64,000 nt of DNA from a virus (IMGVR_UViG_3300025631_000005:1-64000), one strand, 5' to 3'. Counted from the stretch's first letter, positions 40,426-49,864 are shown. A program made the numbers and translations. Notes: generated from the letters alone by a model not told the origin.

Positions 40426-41426
40426 TGAAGGTCAATTACGACATACTTACGCGGGCCGCTGTAGCAATTGCGAAAAACAGACCTGATCTTTTGCCGCCCT
40501 CTGTTAAGCTGGCTGCTATCAGCATAGGCGAGAATGCTCAGCATCTTTTGGTCAAACGGGCTCAGGATTTAGCGCATCTTAGCTGGGTGGAACCGTTCCT
40601 TGAGTTGCCAGACGACGTCAAAGGGCCGTACATCTCCCATATTTCTCCTGGCGTCCTGGCATACTACCAGCAGCAGAAGGAGCAGAGTCAACAGGCATTG
40701 CCGCAAGCGCCCGTAGCTGCTTCGAAGCCTGTCGGGTCCGGTTCTATTTTCGACTGGATCAAAAGCTATCTACAGCCAGCGTCTGGCAGAGCCGATAGAC
40801 CTGCGTCGGCTACGCCACGACCGCAAACCCAGGCTGCTGCACCGAAGCCGCCTGAACAACCGATATCGGTCGAGGAGCTGTTGACAGCCCCTGCCAAACC
40901 GGAAAACGAGGCGAGCAGTGCGGCGCCGCCGCCTCCCTCTGTGTTTGGCGGTGAAACGGCTTCGACAGACCAGCAGCAGAAAAAACCGACAGAAAAGACG
41001 CAAAAGAGAGAGGAGAAAAAGAAAGAGGACCCTCTGTCGGTAGAGAACCTTATTTCGGCTATCAATATGAAGATGGAACAGGCCGCAAAGAACTATTCGC
41101 TGGATCAGGCTTCATTTTCCAGTGACAACGTGCAGACTCTGTTGCGCGGTGCGCGAGGCTGGATCTCGGACGTTGTAGCAAAGAAGCCGGCTCCAGAGGC
41201 GGCAGCACTGATCAGTGTCGTCGAAAAGCAGATGATAGATTTGATAAAAAGCCATGTAAAACTTGGCCTTGGGTTGTTGAGCGGCAGCTATGAATTAGAC
41301 GTTGAAGGGCTGCTGCGTGATCTGCCTCCGTTCGCAGAGAAAGTCATCGGCCGTAAACTGACTGAAGATGAGAAACGCAAGCTGTCTCAGGCGGTAACAT
41401 GGATGCTATACAGGATGGCAAAGTAG
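40422..41426 (+). CDS. hypothetical protein with P/A/Q/K-rich linker
   Basis: 334-aa ORF with ATGA overlap. Confidence 0.55.
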   Translation: MMKVNYDILTRAAVAIAKNRPDLLPPSVKLAAISIGENAQHLLVKRAQDLAHLSWVEPFLELPDDVKGPYISHISPGVLAYYQQQKEQSQQALPQAPVAASKPVGSGSIFDWIKSYLQPASGRADRPASATPRPQTQAAAPKPPEQPISVEELLTAPAKPENEASSAAPPPPSVFGGETASTDQQQKKPTEKTQKREEKKKEDPLSVENLISAINMKMEQAAKNYSLDQASFSSDNVQTLLRGARGWISDVVAKKPAPEAAALISVVEKQMIDLIKSHVKLGLGLLSGSYELDVEGLLRDLPPFAEKVIGRKLTEDEKRKLSQAVTWMLYRMAK

Positions 41427-41926
41427 AGAATCTGGTCAGGGCCCTGATGCGGTCTGTCGACCGCCTGGAGTCGGATCCGAACTTCGTCGAGACGACCGAC
41501 GTCCGGCAAGCGTGCTATCATGCTGCGGCCGGCACGATCGACCTGGACGACTTGTGCGACGCCGTCGTCTACTGCATAGCAATATACGGGGCGCCGGTGT
41601 TGCAAAACCTCGATGCACAGAGTTTGTATAGTCTTATTTTTGAAGGCGAACATAGCGACGACGCTTTTCCGATGCAAGCGATCATCGCAAACGACATCAG
41701 GAACCAGATTTTGGAGCAAAACAAGCCGGTCGATAGGATCGACGCATGGGAATTTATGACCCCATCGAAGAGGTTCCTGATCGCCGTCGGTTTGCCGTTT
41801 AATTTGTTTGTCTGCCTGTGCGAATACGCTGAGCCCGTTTCGGTTTTTCTACTGTTGTTTGCCCTGTCGCTACGGATACAGCACATATTAAGGACCATTC
41901 TCGGAGTTGACAGTCGTGAGCCTTAG
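41399..41926 (+). CDS. hypothetical membrane protein
   Basis: Two C-terminal hydrophobic segments. Confidence 0.5.
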   Translation: MDAIQDGKVENLVRALMRSVDRLESDPNFVETTDVRQACYHAAAGTIDLDDLCDAVVYCIAIYGAPVLQNLDAQSLYSLIFEGEHSDDAFPMQAIIANDIRNQILEQNKPVDRIDAWEFMTPSKRFLIAVGLPFNLFVCLCEYAEPVSVFLLLFALSLRIQHILRTILGVDSREP

Positions 41927-42152
41927 GATCGGTGTAGTCAAGTTCGTAAATGTCGAAAAAGGGTATGGTTTTATCACGCCGGACGGCGGAGGCGCGGATG
42001 TGTTCTTTCATATCACCAGATATTCTGGGCATATCCAGTTCAGCGAGCTGAAGCCGGGAATGCGGGTCAAGTACAACGACGAGCTCAACGGCGATAGAGT
42101 AAGAGCGACGATCGTCAGATATGAGACGCCGCAAACCGAATCCGGCGGATGA
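41907..42152 (+). CDS. csp: cold-shock domain protein
   Basis: GVVKFVNVEKGYGFITPDGGGADVFFH carries RNP1 (KGYGFI) and RNP2 (VFFH). Confidence 0.9.
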   Translation: MTVVSLRIGVVKFVNVEKGYGFITPDGGGADVFFHITRYSGHIQFSELKPGMRVKYNDELNGDRVRATIVRYETPQTESGG

Positions 42153-43861
42153 CGTCGAGAACCCGGGATTTTGAAATGAGCATCGACGAATCGCAGGGCC
42201 AAACGCCGGTCGATATACAGACGGCGGTCAGCTCAGGCCAGCTGCTTAACTCTGTGTTGGACCTTGTGAAAAGGCAGCTCATCTACTATGCCTACCTGCA
42301 CGGTTACAGGCCCAGAGCCGCTTCCACCTATCGCGCCAGGGAGCGGATGCTGTACGAAATGCAGACGCCGTACGCGGAGTCCGTGTCGAAGAAAGTCGAT
42401 GCAGAGCTGGACCAGCTAGTGGATACGGTCGGCCAATGGCTCGGCTTTCCGAAAAATCAGCGGAAATCGCCTGAAAACAGGGCGCTGATCAAGACGGTCC
42501 TGAAGCAGATAGAGAAGTACTTTCCAGGCACTTTGGACACGCTGCTGGCTCCGAACGGTTCGGCGTCCGAGCTGGCCGGGTTCGTGGCCGCTTCCCACGC
42601 CGCAACTGACCCGCAACTGTCCAGGAAAGCTCCCGACGGCAGGACACTGGCGGAATATCTGACGGACTACATCTACAAGCATTTTTACTCCGACCAAGAC
42701 AAAGAAATCCGTCTGCAGAAAACGCGTGGGCTGACCGCCGGACAACTGGGCGGCGTTTTGTACCATCTGACGGAGAAAGGTGTAATCGACCCGGCGGTCG
42801 ACACTCCGGACCAGATTGTCAAAAAGCTGGAGTATTTCGTTCCGGCTGTCGGAGAAGCACAGCGCTGGCTCCAAAAGACCAAACCGGACGCCGATTTGCA
42901 GGATGCAGTGAATTTCACTGTGACATTCAATTCGATGCTGCCGCCGTCACCGTCCGGCTTTGTGGAGAAAGACTATCTTCTTAAGAATCTCTTAGCTGAT
43001 ATTCGGAAGAACGAGCTGTTAGCGCATCAGTTTTCGTCTGGAGCTCCTGGCGCCCTGCCTTCAGAGGAGGCAGTCAAACAACACAAGAAAAGAGTGCAAC
43101 AGTTGCGACAGTCCGAGATGGGTGCTTACTATGGGGCCATACTAGCCGCTAAAAAGATGGGTCTCATAAAGTCCCGATCCAGGGCAGGCTACCTGGCGGA
43201 GAAGATAGAGAATGGCACGCCTGTCGTCTTCAGAAACAGCAGCGAGGTTGTCGACGCCTTGGTCAGAAGCGGTGTGGCGCCGAATATAGCCACGCAACTC
43301 GTGTCTAATCCAGAAATGACCTCCCAGTACCTGACAGGGGGCAATGTCGATCTGGCTATGACAGGCGCTCAGAGCGTACAGGCTCGTCGCAACATGTGGC
43401 AGCTGTTTAAGACGTACCGCAAGGCGGGCCTTAAGGGTGGACCAAAAGCCGCTTTCAACCTCAGTCTGGCCCAGACGGCCGCCGCATACGGCTATCCTGA
43501 CGTTGAGCAGTTCAGGCAGATGGTGCTGATGATGCCGCCCGGGACGATGGCTATGCCGACGGAGAGCTGGACGCCGCAGCGGTCGTGGGTGGCGCGTACC
43601 CTCCCGCCAACCACCAACCCGATAACGGCCAAAACGCTGCCGACGCTCAGTACAATGGTTTCTGAGGAAATACAGTACCCAGAGCTGGCTCCAAGCGTCG
43701 GTTCGCTGCAGAGAATCATTGCGACGATGAAGGATATTGCGAAAGAACCGCCGGAATCGAAGTCGGAGACGTTGTCCTCTTTGATCAGCGGCGCGGTCGA
43801 CCTTACCAAGTCTGAAAACAAGCCGCTCAAAGACGTCCCAACCACGGAGATGGTGTTCTGA
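42149..43861 (+). CDS. hypothetical protein
   Basis: 570-aa helical ORF. Confidence 0.55.
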   Translation: MTSRTRDFEMSIDESQGQTPVDIQTAVSSGQLLNSVLDLVKRQLIYYAYLHGYRPRAASTYRARERMLYEMQTPYAESVSKKVDAELDQLVDTVGQWLGFPKNQRKSPENRALIKTVLKQIEKYFPGTLDTLLAPNGSASELAGFVAASHAATDPQLSRKAPDGRTLAEYLTDYIYKHFYSDQDKEIRLQKTRGLTAGQLGGVLYHLTEKGVIDPAVDTPDQIVKKLEYFVPAVGEAQRWLQKTKPDADLQDAVNFTVTFNSMLPPSPSGFVEKDYLLKNLLADIRKNELLAHQFSSGAPGALPSEEAVKQHKKRVQQLRQSEMGAYYGAILAAKKMGLIKSRSRAGYLAEKIENGTPVVFRNSSEVVDALVRSGVAPNIATQLVSNPEMTSQYLTGGNVDLAMTGAQSVQARRNMWQLFKTYRKAGLKGGPKAAFNLSLAQTAAAYGYPDVEQFRQMVLMMPPGTMAMPTESWTPQRSWVARTLPPTTNPITAKTLPTLSTMVSEEIQYPELAPSVGSLQRIIATMKDIAKEPPESKSETLSSLISGAVDLTKSENKPLKDVPTTEMVF

Positions 43862-43862
43862 C

Positions 43863-46112
43863 ATGCCAAGCAACGTCCGCAATATAGAGCCAGGCGAGGA
43901 GGCGGTCGGTATCCCGTCGCGGAAGTACTACGGCTCCTTGGGATTGCGGCCGGGGGAGCTTCTGGACCTTATTGTCCAGGAGCATAAAGCCCATAGAGCC
44001 GGCAAACACTACGATATCCGCATAGGCGACCCGACAAGGGGGTTGTTCAGCTGGGCGTCGAGAAAACCTTGGCCGCAACCCGGCGAGAAACGGCTGGCTA
44101 TCCAGCAGCCTGTCCATGCGTATTCGTACAAAGACTTCGAAGGGGTCATAGGCCAAGGTTACGGAAAGGGTGTGGTGCGGAAGGAAATGGAGAGGCGGAT
44201 CGTCATTACAGCCGCCTCTCCGAATATGATCCATTTCACTACGGCGGATGAGCGTTTTCCGGAGCGGTTCGTTCTGATTCGTCAAAAAGGCGAAGGGAAA
44301 AACGCCAGATGGCTGCTCCTCAACGTGACCCAGTCCGACGGACCGGAATACGATAAACCGAAGATCAAAGAAGTTCCGGCAAAGGACGTCGATGAGTTCA
44401 TTCGGCAGATGAAAGACGGCGACAGCCTCCAAGAGAAGATCGACGGTGCGCATGGACTAATTAAACTGCTGAATAACCATATCGAGGTCATCAGTATCCG
44501 CAAATCAAAGAGCGGACGGTCGATCGTTCATACGGAACGCATCTTCCAAGGCGTCAGACCGAAAGTGGAGGATAAGGCGATCCAAGATACGGTGATGGCC
44601 GGCGAGATCTGGGGTGAACGTGGGGGGAAGGCTATACCCCCACAGGAGTTAGGTGGGATACTCAACGCCGCCATCGAGAAAGCGATCCAGAAGCAGAAAG
44701 AACTGGGCGCCCAGTTGAAGGTCTCCCTCTTCGACCTTTACCGGCTGGCCGGCAAAGATGTCCGCGAGATGCCGTATCAGGAGAGGATCAAACTCATCAA
44801 GGAGCAGGTGCTGCCGAAGCTGCCGGACCGTGTTTTCGATATTGTCGAGCAGGCCACAGACAGCGACAGCGCCAGAAAGCTCTGGAAGCAGATCGCCAGC
44901 GGCAAGCACAAGCGCACCCAAGAAGGCGTCATTCTGCGTCCGGCGGAGGGCCAGCCAGCCAAGGCCAAACTGTTCAGCGAACATGATGTTGTCATCAGAA
45001 GGGTGTTTCCAGGGGAGGGGAAATACCGCGAAAGAGGGGTCGGCGGCTTCGAATACTCCTATGATGCGTCCGGACCGATTGTCGGACGGGTCGGCACAGG
45101 GCTCTCAGATGAGCTTCGGGAGGATATGTTTAAGAACCCGCAGGCGTATATTGGTAGATGGGCGAGAGTTACCGCCCAGGGAAAATTCCCGTCTGGAGCG
45201 TTAAGGGCCCCGTCGCTCCTCTCCCTTCACGAAGATAAACCAGAGGTAGAGGTCCAAGAGCCCGAGATTTTGAATCCGGATTCAAAAACAATGAAAACAG
45301 CTCACGTCAATGTGCCTGATCGGCTGCGATGGGAAGACCTACCCACGGCCATCGAGCAGGTCTATCACCGTTACAAACCGAGGGTGATCCAGGAAATCAC
45401 CGCCAATCCGTTCGCAAACAGTTGGCAGGTTGAAACCCCATTAGGGGCTATCAAGGTGGCCAACTCGCACTGGTCGCCATTCTCCTTCGTGTACGACGCC
45501 CTGGTAGAGCCAACAAAGCCGTTCGGCGGCCCGACGCCGCTGCTGCTTTCGCTTGTCGGCGGCGCCTACGGCGCTGGTCTGGGCGGCCTGGGAGGGCTAA
45601 TTTACGGCAGTCTCGCAAACACACTGGGCGGGCGTATGGTGGAGACGCCGACAGCGGTTAGACGCCTAGCTATTCTGGGGGGGCTCCTTGGGGCTCTACC
45701 GGCCCTGACAGTAGGGCTGTCCAGGGCGCTGCACGGACGCGGGTTGAAAGGGTTTACAGAAAAATGGCCAGAGGAAAGCCAGAGCGGTATGGCCAAGGAA
45801 AGCCAGGCGGCTGTCCCGGTTTACGTTGTCAACGAACCCCATTGGAGGGATACCGTATTTGAAGATCGGTTCCTGACGGCGTCCGAAAAAGCGCTCGCTG
45901 CTTCCCCTGTCTACGCGTCGTCACTGGCTGCCGGGAGAAGCAATGTAACTCCTGGAGAAATAGGGTATACTACACTCAAAGCGGGCCTTGGTTCGCTTCT
46001 CGGATACATGATCGGCAACATCGCCGGAAGCGTTCTATCGCTGTCGCCCGATATGCGGGAAAAAGTCAGAAATACGGGTATGCTCGCCGCTATGTTGCGG
46101 AGCGTCTTCTAG
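43863..46112 (+). CDS. LigD-type 3'-phosphoesterase domain plus ATP-dependent DNA ligase, with an unrelated Gly-rich hydrophobic C-terminal part
   Basis: QEHKAHRAGKHYDIR, FSWA, HAYSYKDFEG (PE domain); QEKIDG, GEIW, LFDLY, EGVILR, KAK, VGTG and GALRAP (ligase and OB fold); second part begins after LNPDSK. Confidence 0.85.
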   Translation: MPSNVRNIEPGEEAVGIPSRKYYGSLGLRPGELLDLIVQEHKAHRAGKHYDIRIGDPTRGLFSWASRKPWPQPGEKRLAIQQPVHAYSYKDFEGVIGQGYGKGVVRKEMERRIVITAASPNMIHFTTADERFPERFVLIRQKGEGKNARWLLLNVTQSDGPEYDKPKIKEVPAKDVDEFIRQMKDGDSLQEKIDGAHGLIKLLNNHIEVISIRKSKSGRSIVHTERIFQGVRPKVEDKAIQDTVMAGEIWGERGGKAIPPQELGGILNAAIEKAIQKQKELGAQLKVSLFDLYRLAGKDVREMPYQERIKLIKEQVLPKLPDRVFDIVEQATDSDSARKLWKQIASGKHKRTQEGVILRPAEGQPAKAKLFSEHDVVIRRVFPGEGKYRERGVGGFEYSYDASGPIVGRVGTGLSDELREDMFKNPQAYIGRWARVTAQGKFPSGALRAPSLLSLHEDKPEVEVQEPEILNPDSKTMKTAHVNVPDRLRWEDLPTAIEQVYHRYKPRVIQEITANPFANSWQVETPLGAIKVANSHWSPFSFVYDALVEPTKPFGGPTPLLLSLVGGAYGAGLGGLGGLIYGSLANTLGGRMVETPTAVRRLAILGGLLGALPALTVGLSRALHGRGLKGFTEKWPEESQSGMAKESQAAVPVYVVNEPHWRDTVFEDRFLTASEKALAASPVYASSLAAGRSNVTPGEIGYTTLKAGLGSLLGYMIGNIAGSVLSLSPDMREKVRNTGMLAAMLRSVF
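45268..45287. repeat. palindrome copy 8
   Basis: Exact 20-mer, in frame inside the ligase ORF at the domain boundary. Confidence 0.97.
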
Positions 46113-46122
46113 GAGATACGCT

Positions 46123-46953
46123 ATGCGTTCGGTTGTATTTTGGTTGTTCTGCTCAGCACTGATGCTTCTTGGTTGCACACAGGAGCCGCCTATGCCAGAC
46201 CCTGCTCCAACACCTGATGTACAGAAGGAACTTGATCTCAGGATCGAAGGCGCCACTCAGATTTCTACTGAGGAAAACGCCATCTACACAGTGAACGGGC
46301 TGCCGAAAGAGCGGCTCAACTGCGCTAAAGTCTATACTTGGCCGCGTGACAGCGTTTTTATCATGGCCGGTCAGACGTGGGAGAGTAAACCGTTTTTGCT
46401 GTTCAATGCCAAAAAACCGGGCAGCTACCTCATCTGGGTGGTTGTGTCTGCTTCTGACGTACGTGGCTACACTGAGTTGCCGGTCAATGTAGTCGCTAAC
46501 GTACCTCCGAAACCGGACCCCAATCCCGGTCCGAACCCCGGCCCCAGCCCAGAGCCTAATCCCGGTCCGAACCCTGATCCTACACCCAAACCTTCTCCGA
46601 AACCGAACCCCGATCCCGAACCGAAGCCTACCCCCAAACCGACCAAGATTTGCCTTGTGGTCGTTGTCGACGAGAGTAGTAAACGCACCCCCTCTATAGC
46701 CAGGGTGATGTTCGACAAAGACGTCGAGCAGTTCATCACTTCCAAGGGCTGGAGATACTATAAGCTGGATAAGGACACCGTAGACGCGGAGAATAAGCCT
46801 CCCGAACGGTTCGTAGGCTTTATTAGACGAGCCGAAGCCAAAGGTTTACCGTGGGTAATGGTTATTGATGAGGCCAGCGAAGTGGTGTCCGAGTTTGGGT
46901 TGCCGCAGACGGTCGAAGAATTCATCAACAAACTGAAGGAGTCGGCGGATTGA
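46123..46953 (+). CDS. lipoprotein with (PNPG/PKP) linker and thioredoxin-like C-terminal domain
   Basis: Lipobox LLGC at residues 15-18; Pro-rich repeat with AATCCCGGTCCGAACCC at 46522 and 46558; alpha/beta C-terminus without CxxC. Confidence 0.7.
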   Translation: MRSVVFWLFCSALMLLGCTQEPPMPDPAPTPDVQKELDLRIEGATQISTEENAIYTVNGLPKERLNCAKVYTWPRDSVFIMAGQTWESKPFLLFNAKKPGSYLIWVVVSASDVRGYTELPVNVVANVPPKPDPNPGPNPGPSPEPNPGPNPDPTPKPSPKPNPDPEPKPTPKPTKICLVVVVDESSKRTPSIARVMFDKDVEQFITSKGWRYYKLDKDTVDAENKPPERFVGFIRRAEAKGLPWVMVIDEASEVVSEFGLPQTVEEFINKLKESAD

Positions 46954-46954
46954 G

Positions 46955-47722
46955 ATGTTGTACCGCACAGGTCTGCACCCGAGAACTATTCCGTATGGAT
47001 CAATATGCCCAGTTTACTCGGAAGTTCACCCGTTGGTGCCTCGCCAGCGGTGGCAAGCGATCTCTTTAAGACATTATGTCGATTATGTCCTAGACCAAAA
47101 CGGCTATAACAGTTGCGTCGGTGCAGCCGGCGTAGCCGCCGTCATGGCCGCCAGACGACAGCTGGGGCTCAGCCCGATTGAGCTGTCGATCGGCAGCCTA
47201 TACGGCCAGATCAACGGCGGCGTTGATCGCGGCTGTGAACTGCACGCCTCTGTCATGGCGTTGAAAACGATCGGTTGTTGTCCGGTGGATGTCATTCAAC
47301 ACTGCAACTGGCAACAAAAGTACTGGCCGAAAGGCTGGAAAAAGATCGCTAAACAGTATCGCATTGTCGAGGCATACGATTGTCAGACGTTCGACGAGAT
47401 AGCCTCCGCCTTGCAGTGCGGCTATGTTGTTTGTTACGGGATATTCATCCCATCGTCCTTTATGGACGTAAAGTCGGACGGGATTGTTCCATCCCGAGTA
47501 CGATACAAGGACATCATCGGCGCTCATGCGATGCTGGCTATCGGGATGAAGAAAATACGGCGTCGGTGGTATCTAGAAACCCAGAACTCCTGGGGCGTCA
47601 AATGGGGGAACAACGGTTTCTGTTACATTCCTGAAAGCTATCTCGACGTTCCGCAAGTCGATGCGTGGGCGTTGAGAGTCACTACTTTTTGCGGTAATGG
47701 TGAGGGGAAAAAAGATGAGTGA
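46955..47722 (+). CDS. papain-like (C1A) cysteine peptidase, copy 1
   Basis: DQNGYNSC (Gln, Cys), GAHAM (His), QNSWGVKWGNNG (Asn). Confidence 0.9.
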   Translation: MLYRTGLHPRTIPYGSICPVYSEVHPLVPRQRWQAISLRHYVDYVLDQNGYNSCVGAAGVAAVMAARRQLGLSPIELSIGSLYGQINGGVDRGCELHASVMALKTIGCCPVDVIQHCNWQQKYWPKGWKKIAKQYRIVEAYDCQTFDEIASALQCGYVVCYGIFIPSSFMDVKSDGIVPSRVRYKDIIGAHAMLAIGMKKIRRRWYLETQNSWGVKWGNNGFCYIPESYLDVPQVDAWALRVTTFCGNGEGKKDE

Positions 47723-48530
47723 ACAACTATCGTTTGGGGAGTTTTTCTTTGGGTTGAAGCCACGCGACGTCTCCTATGGTGAGGTCGCGCCTATCTATTC
47801 AGAGCGGCAGCCGGTCGTTCCTAGGGCACAATGGCAGGAAATCTCGTTGAAGCATTACGTACCGCGGATTCTTGACCAGGATGGGCAGGGAAGCTGCGTA
47901 GGAGCCTCCGGAGTGGCCGCTGTCATGGCAGCCAGACGCCAGATGGGCTTGGAGGACGTAGAGCTATCCATCGGCAGCCTTTACGGTCAGATCAACGATG
48001 GCGTCGACGAGGGGTCTACGCTCAGCCGGTCGATCCAGGCTCTGACGAACGTCGGGTGCTGTCCCGTCTCTCTTATTCCGCACTACACCTGGCAGCAGAG
48101 CAAGTGGCCTAGGAACTGGATAGATACCGCCAGGCTCTATCGCATAACAGAGGCTTACGACTGCACCAACTTCGATGAAATCGCCTCTGCTATCCAGTCC
48201 GGATTCGTCGTAAGCTACGGAATTCCGGTGACGAAAGGCTTTGTCGAGAACGTGAGCAAGGACGGGTACGTGCCGGTGAATGTAGTCAACATCGTCGGAC
48301 TTCACGCCCTGCTCGGGATCGGGCTGCATAAGCACGACAACAGATGGTGGATCGAGACGCAGAACTCCTGGGGTACAAGATGGGGAAAGGGCGGCTTCGG
48401 CTACATTCCTGAGACGTATTTTACGACAAGATATGCTGTGGACGCTTGGGCGCTGCGGGTGACAGTATGCTCCGCCAAAGACAACGGCTATCTCGAGGAA
48501 CCGTTCAATGGGAAAAAGCAGACCAGGTGA
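47697..48530 (+). CDS. papain-like (C1A) cysteine peptidase, copy 2
   Basis: DQDGQGSC, GLHAL, QNSWGTRWGKGG; colinear with copy 1. Confidence 0.9.
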   Translation: MVRGKKMSEQLSFGEFFFGLKPRDVSYGEVAPIYSERQPVVPRAQWQEISLKHYVPRILDQDGQGSCVGASGVAAVMAARRQMGLEDVELSIGSLYGQINDGVDEGSTLSRSIQALTNVGCCPVSLIPHYTWQQSKWPRNWIDTARLYRITEAYDCTNFDEIASAIQSGFVVSYGIPVTKGFVENVSKDGYVPVNVVNIVGLHALLGIGLHKHDNRWWIETQNSWGTRWGKGGFGYIPETYFTTRYAVDAWALRVTVCSAKDNGYLEEPFNGKKQTR

Positions 48531-48957
48531 CATCCCAACCACGCTCGACACCTGCCAGGCGTACATGATCGGTTTCTTCTCCTACAGGGAGAAGATCGAC
48601 GAAGCCGACAACCCATATATGTTCGGGGACGAAAGCTACTGGCAGTGGAGAAGAGGGTGGTACGCGGCCAAAAAAGAAGCGAAGCCGCCTTGGTGGAAAG
48701 ATTATGAGCTGCTCGCCGTCGTCATTTTGGGGGTCTACGCGTTGACGCTGGCCGTTGTGAATATAGTCGGAGTACAGGTCGGTGCGTTGGAGATGTTACT
48801 TGTCGCCATTTATTCCGCAGCGTCAGTCATGTTCAGGCTTGCCAACAAACCAGTTCCGTCTTATATGCCGGCTCCGTTATTAAAGAGGATGGCCAATGTG
48901 CGAAGAGAATCAGAACAACCAGAACCGGCCCGACAAGCCGAAAGACCAGCCGAGTAA
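48508..48957 (+). CDS. small two-TM membrane protein (holin-like topology possible)
   Basis: NPY...WRRGW N-terminal motif, two hydrophobic helices, charged tail. Confidence 0.45.
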   Translation: MGKSRPGDIPTTLDTCQAYMIGFFSYREKIDEADNPYMFGDESYWQWRRGWYAAKKEAKPPWWKDYELLAVVILGVYALTLAVVNIVGVQVGALEMLLVAIYSAASVMFRLANKPVPSYMPAPLLKRMANVRRESEQPEPARQAERPAE

Positions 48958-49624
48958 CACAGGGCTGGCGGTTCCAGGCATTCTCAGCGCTATCGCAACC
49001 GTTATTGCGGTTGTGCTCAAAATACTCGGAGAGGCTGTCTTTATCGTCTGGACCGTGTTGAAGTTCCTGTTCGACCAGGTGGCTTACATCGTGCAGCAGT
49101 ATCCGAAAGAAAGTCTTGGATTCCTGCTGGGTTCGGCCCTAGTCGCCTCCGTTTGGCTGTTCGGATGGATCGGATGCAGTACCAGCGAGCCGGAGTTCGT
49201 AGAGGTTTACTACGCCGACGTTGCTAAAGTTCCGGAAGGTGGAATAATCGCTATTCGGTCCGGCCCGCTCGGCCTAAAGAAGAAGCTGGTATACCTGGCG
49301 GATGTCGGCGTGCCGTCCTTGACGGAACCGTTCGGGTCTGACGCTCAGAAGTTCGTCCAGTCTATGGTCGCCGGTCGCCGGATCTGCGTCAAAAGGAAAG
49401 CATACCAGCCTGAAGGCTCCGGTATCGTGTTTCTGCTTAACGGCGACTGTGTCCAGCAAAGGCTCGTCCGTATGGGTTATGCCTACTGTCGAGGTAAGCT
49501 GTGGCGGGACGAAGAGAAACAAGCCAAAAGCGAGAAGCTGGGTATATGGAGCGTCAGAGGATTCACGGGGCAAGAGGACGAACCGCAACCAAGTGAAAAC
49601 AAGCAGCCAAGCAGCGGCATTTAG
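48896..49624 (+). CDS. membrane-anchored thermonuclease (SNase)-fold protein, likely inactive
   Basis: Two TM segments, then VYLADVGVP...FGSDAQKF...LVRMGYA...EKQAKSEKLGIWS; the catalytic DGDT and Arg positions are not conserved. Confidence 0.7.
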   Translation: MCEENQNNQNRPDKPKDQPSNTGLAVPGILSAIATVIAVVLKILGEAVFIVWTVLKFLFDQVAYIVQQYPKESLGFLLGSALVASVWLFGWIGCSTSEPEFVEVYYADVAKVPEGGIIAIRSGPLGLKKKLVYLADVGVPSLTEPFGSDAQKFVQSMVAGRRICVKRKAYQPEGSGIVFLLNGDCVQQRLVRMGYAYCRGKLWRDEEKQAKSEKLGIWSVRGFTGQEDEPQPSENKQPSSGI

Positions 49625-49661
49625 AATTGGGAAGGCGCACGCCTTCCTGTACTTTAGCTAC

Positions 49662-49754
49662 AAGCACCTGGCCAAAGCGGCGTAGTTCTTCTTTTCAAGA
49701 CCTGATAGTCAGGTTTTCTGAAGAAGTACGTCGTTTTGGCCAGGTGCTTTTTTA
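49662..49754 (+). other. 88-nt long hairpin followed by a T-run (RNA structure or long terminator)
   Basis: 49662-49691 pairs with 49720-49749 (30 positions, 2 G-U, 1 mismatch); inner 9-bp stem 49697-49705/49709-49717. Confidence 0.8.
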
Positions 49755-49787
49755 CGTTTAGGGTTGCTTGTTTTTACTTAACCGTAA

Positions 49788-49864
49788 CCGTCATGGCGCA
49801 GCAGGCAGGAGCCTGCAAGGTCTCTGGGCGGTTTGATTCGCTGGCGCTCACAAACGCATGACGG
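49788..49864 (+). ncRNA. retron-like msr-msd cassette R (RT-proximal)
   Basis: a1 CCGTCATG, G49796, CGCA, GCAGGC-agga-GCCTGC, hairpin TGGGCG/CGCTCA, G49856, a2 CATGACGG; ends 6 nt before the RT ATG. Confidence 0.75.

Noticed and set aside
33207-43861. Major capsid or tape-measure assignment
   Set aside because: No HK97-fold or tape-measure periodicity recognisable by eye; left as hypothetical.
46500-46640. Short DNA repeats as a regulatory or RT-associated array
   Set aside because: They simply encode the Pro-rich linker of the lipoprotein.
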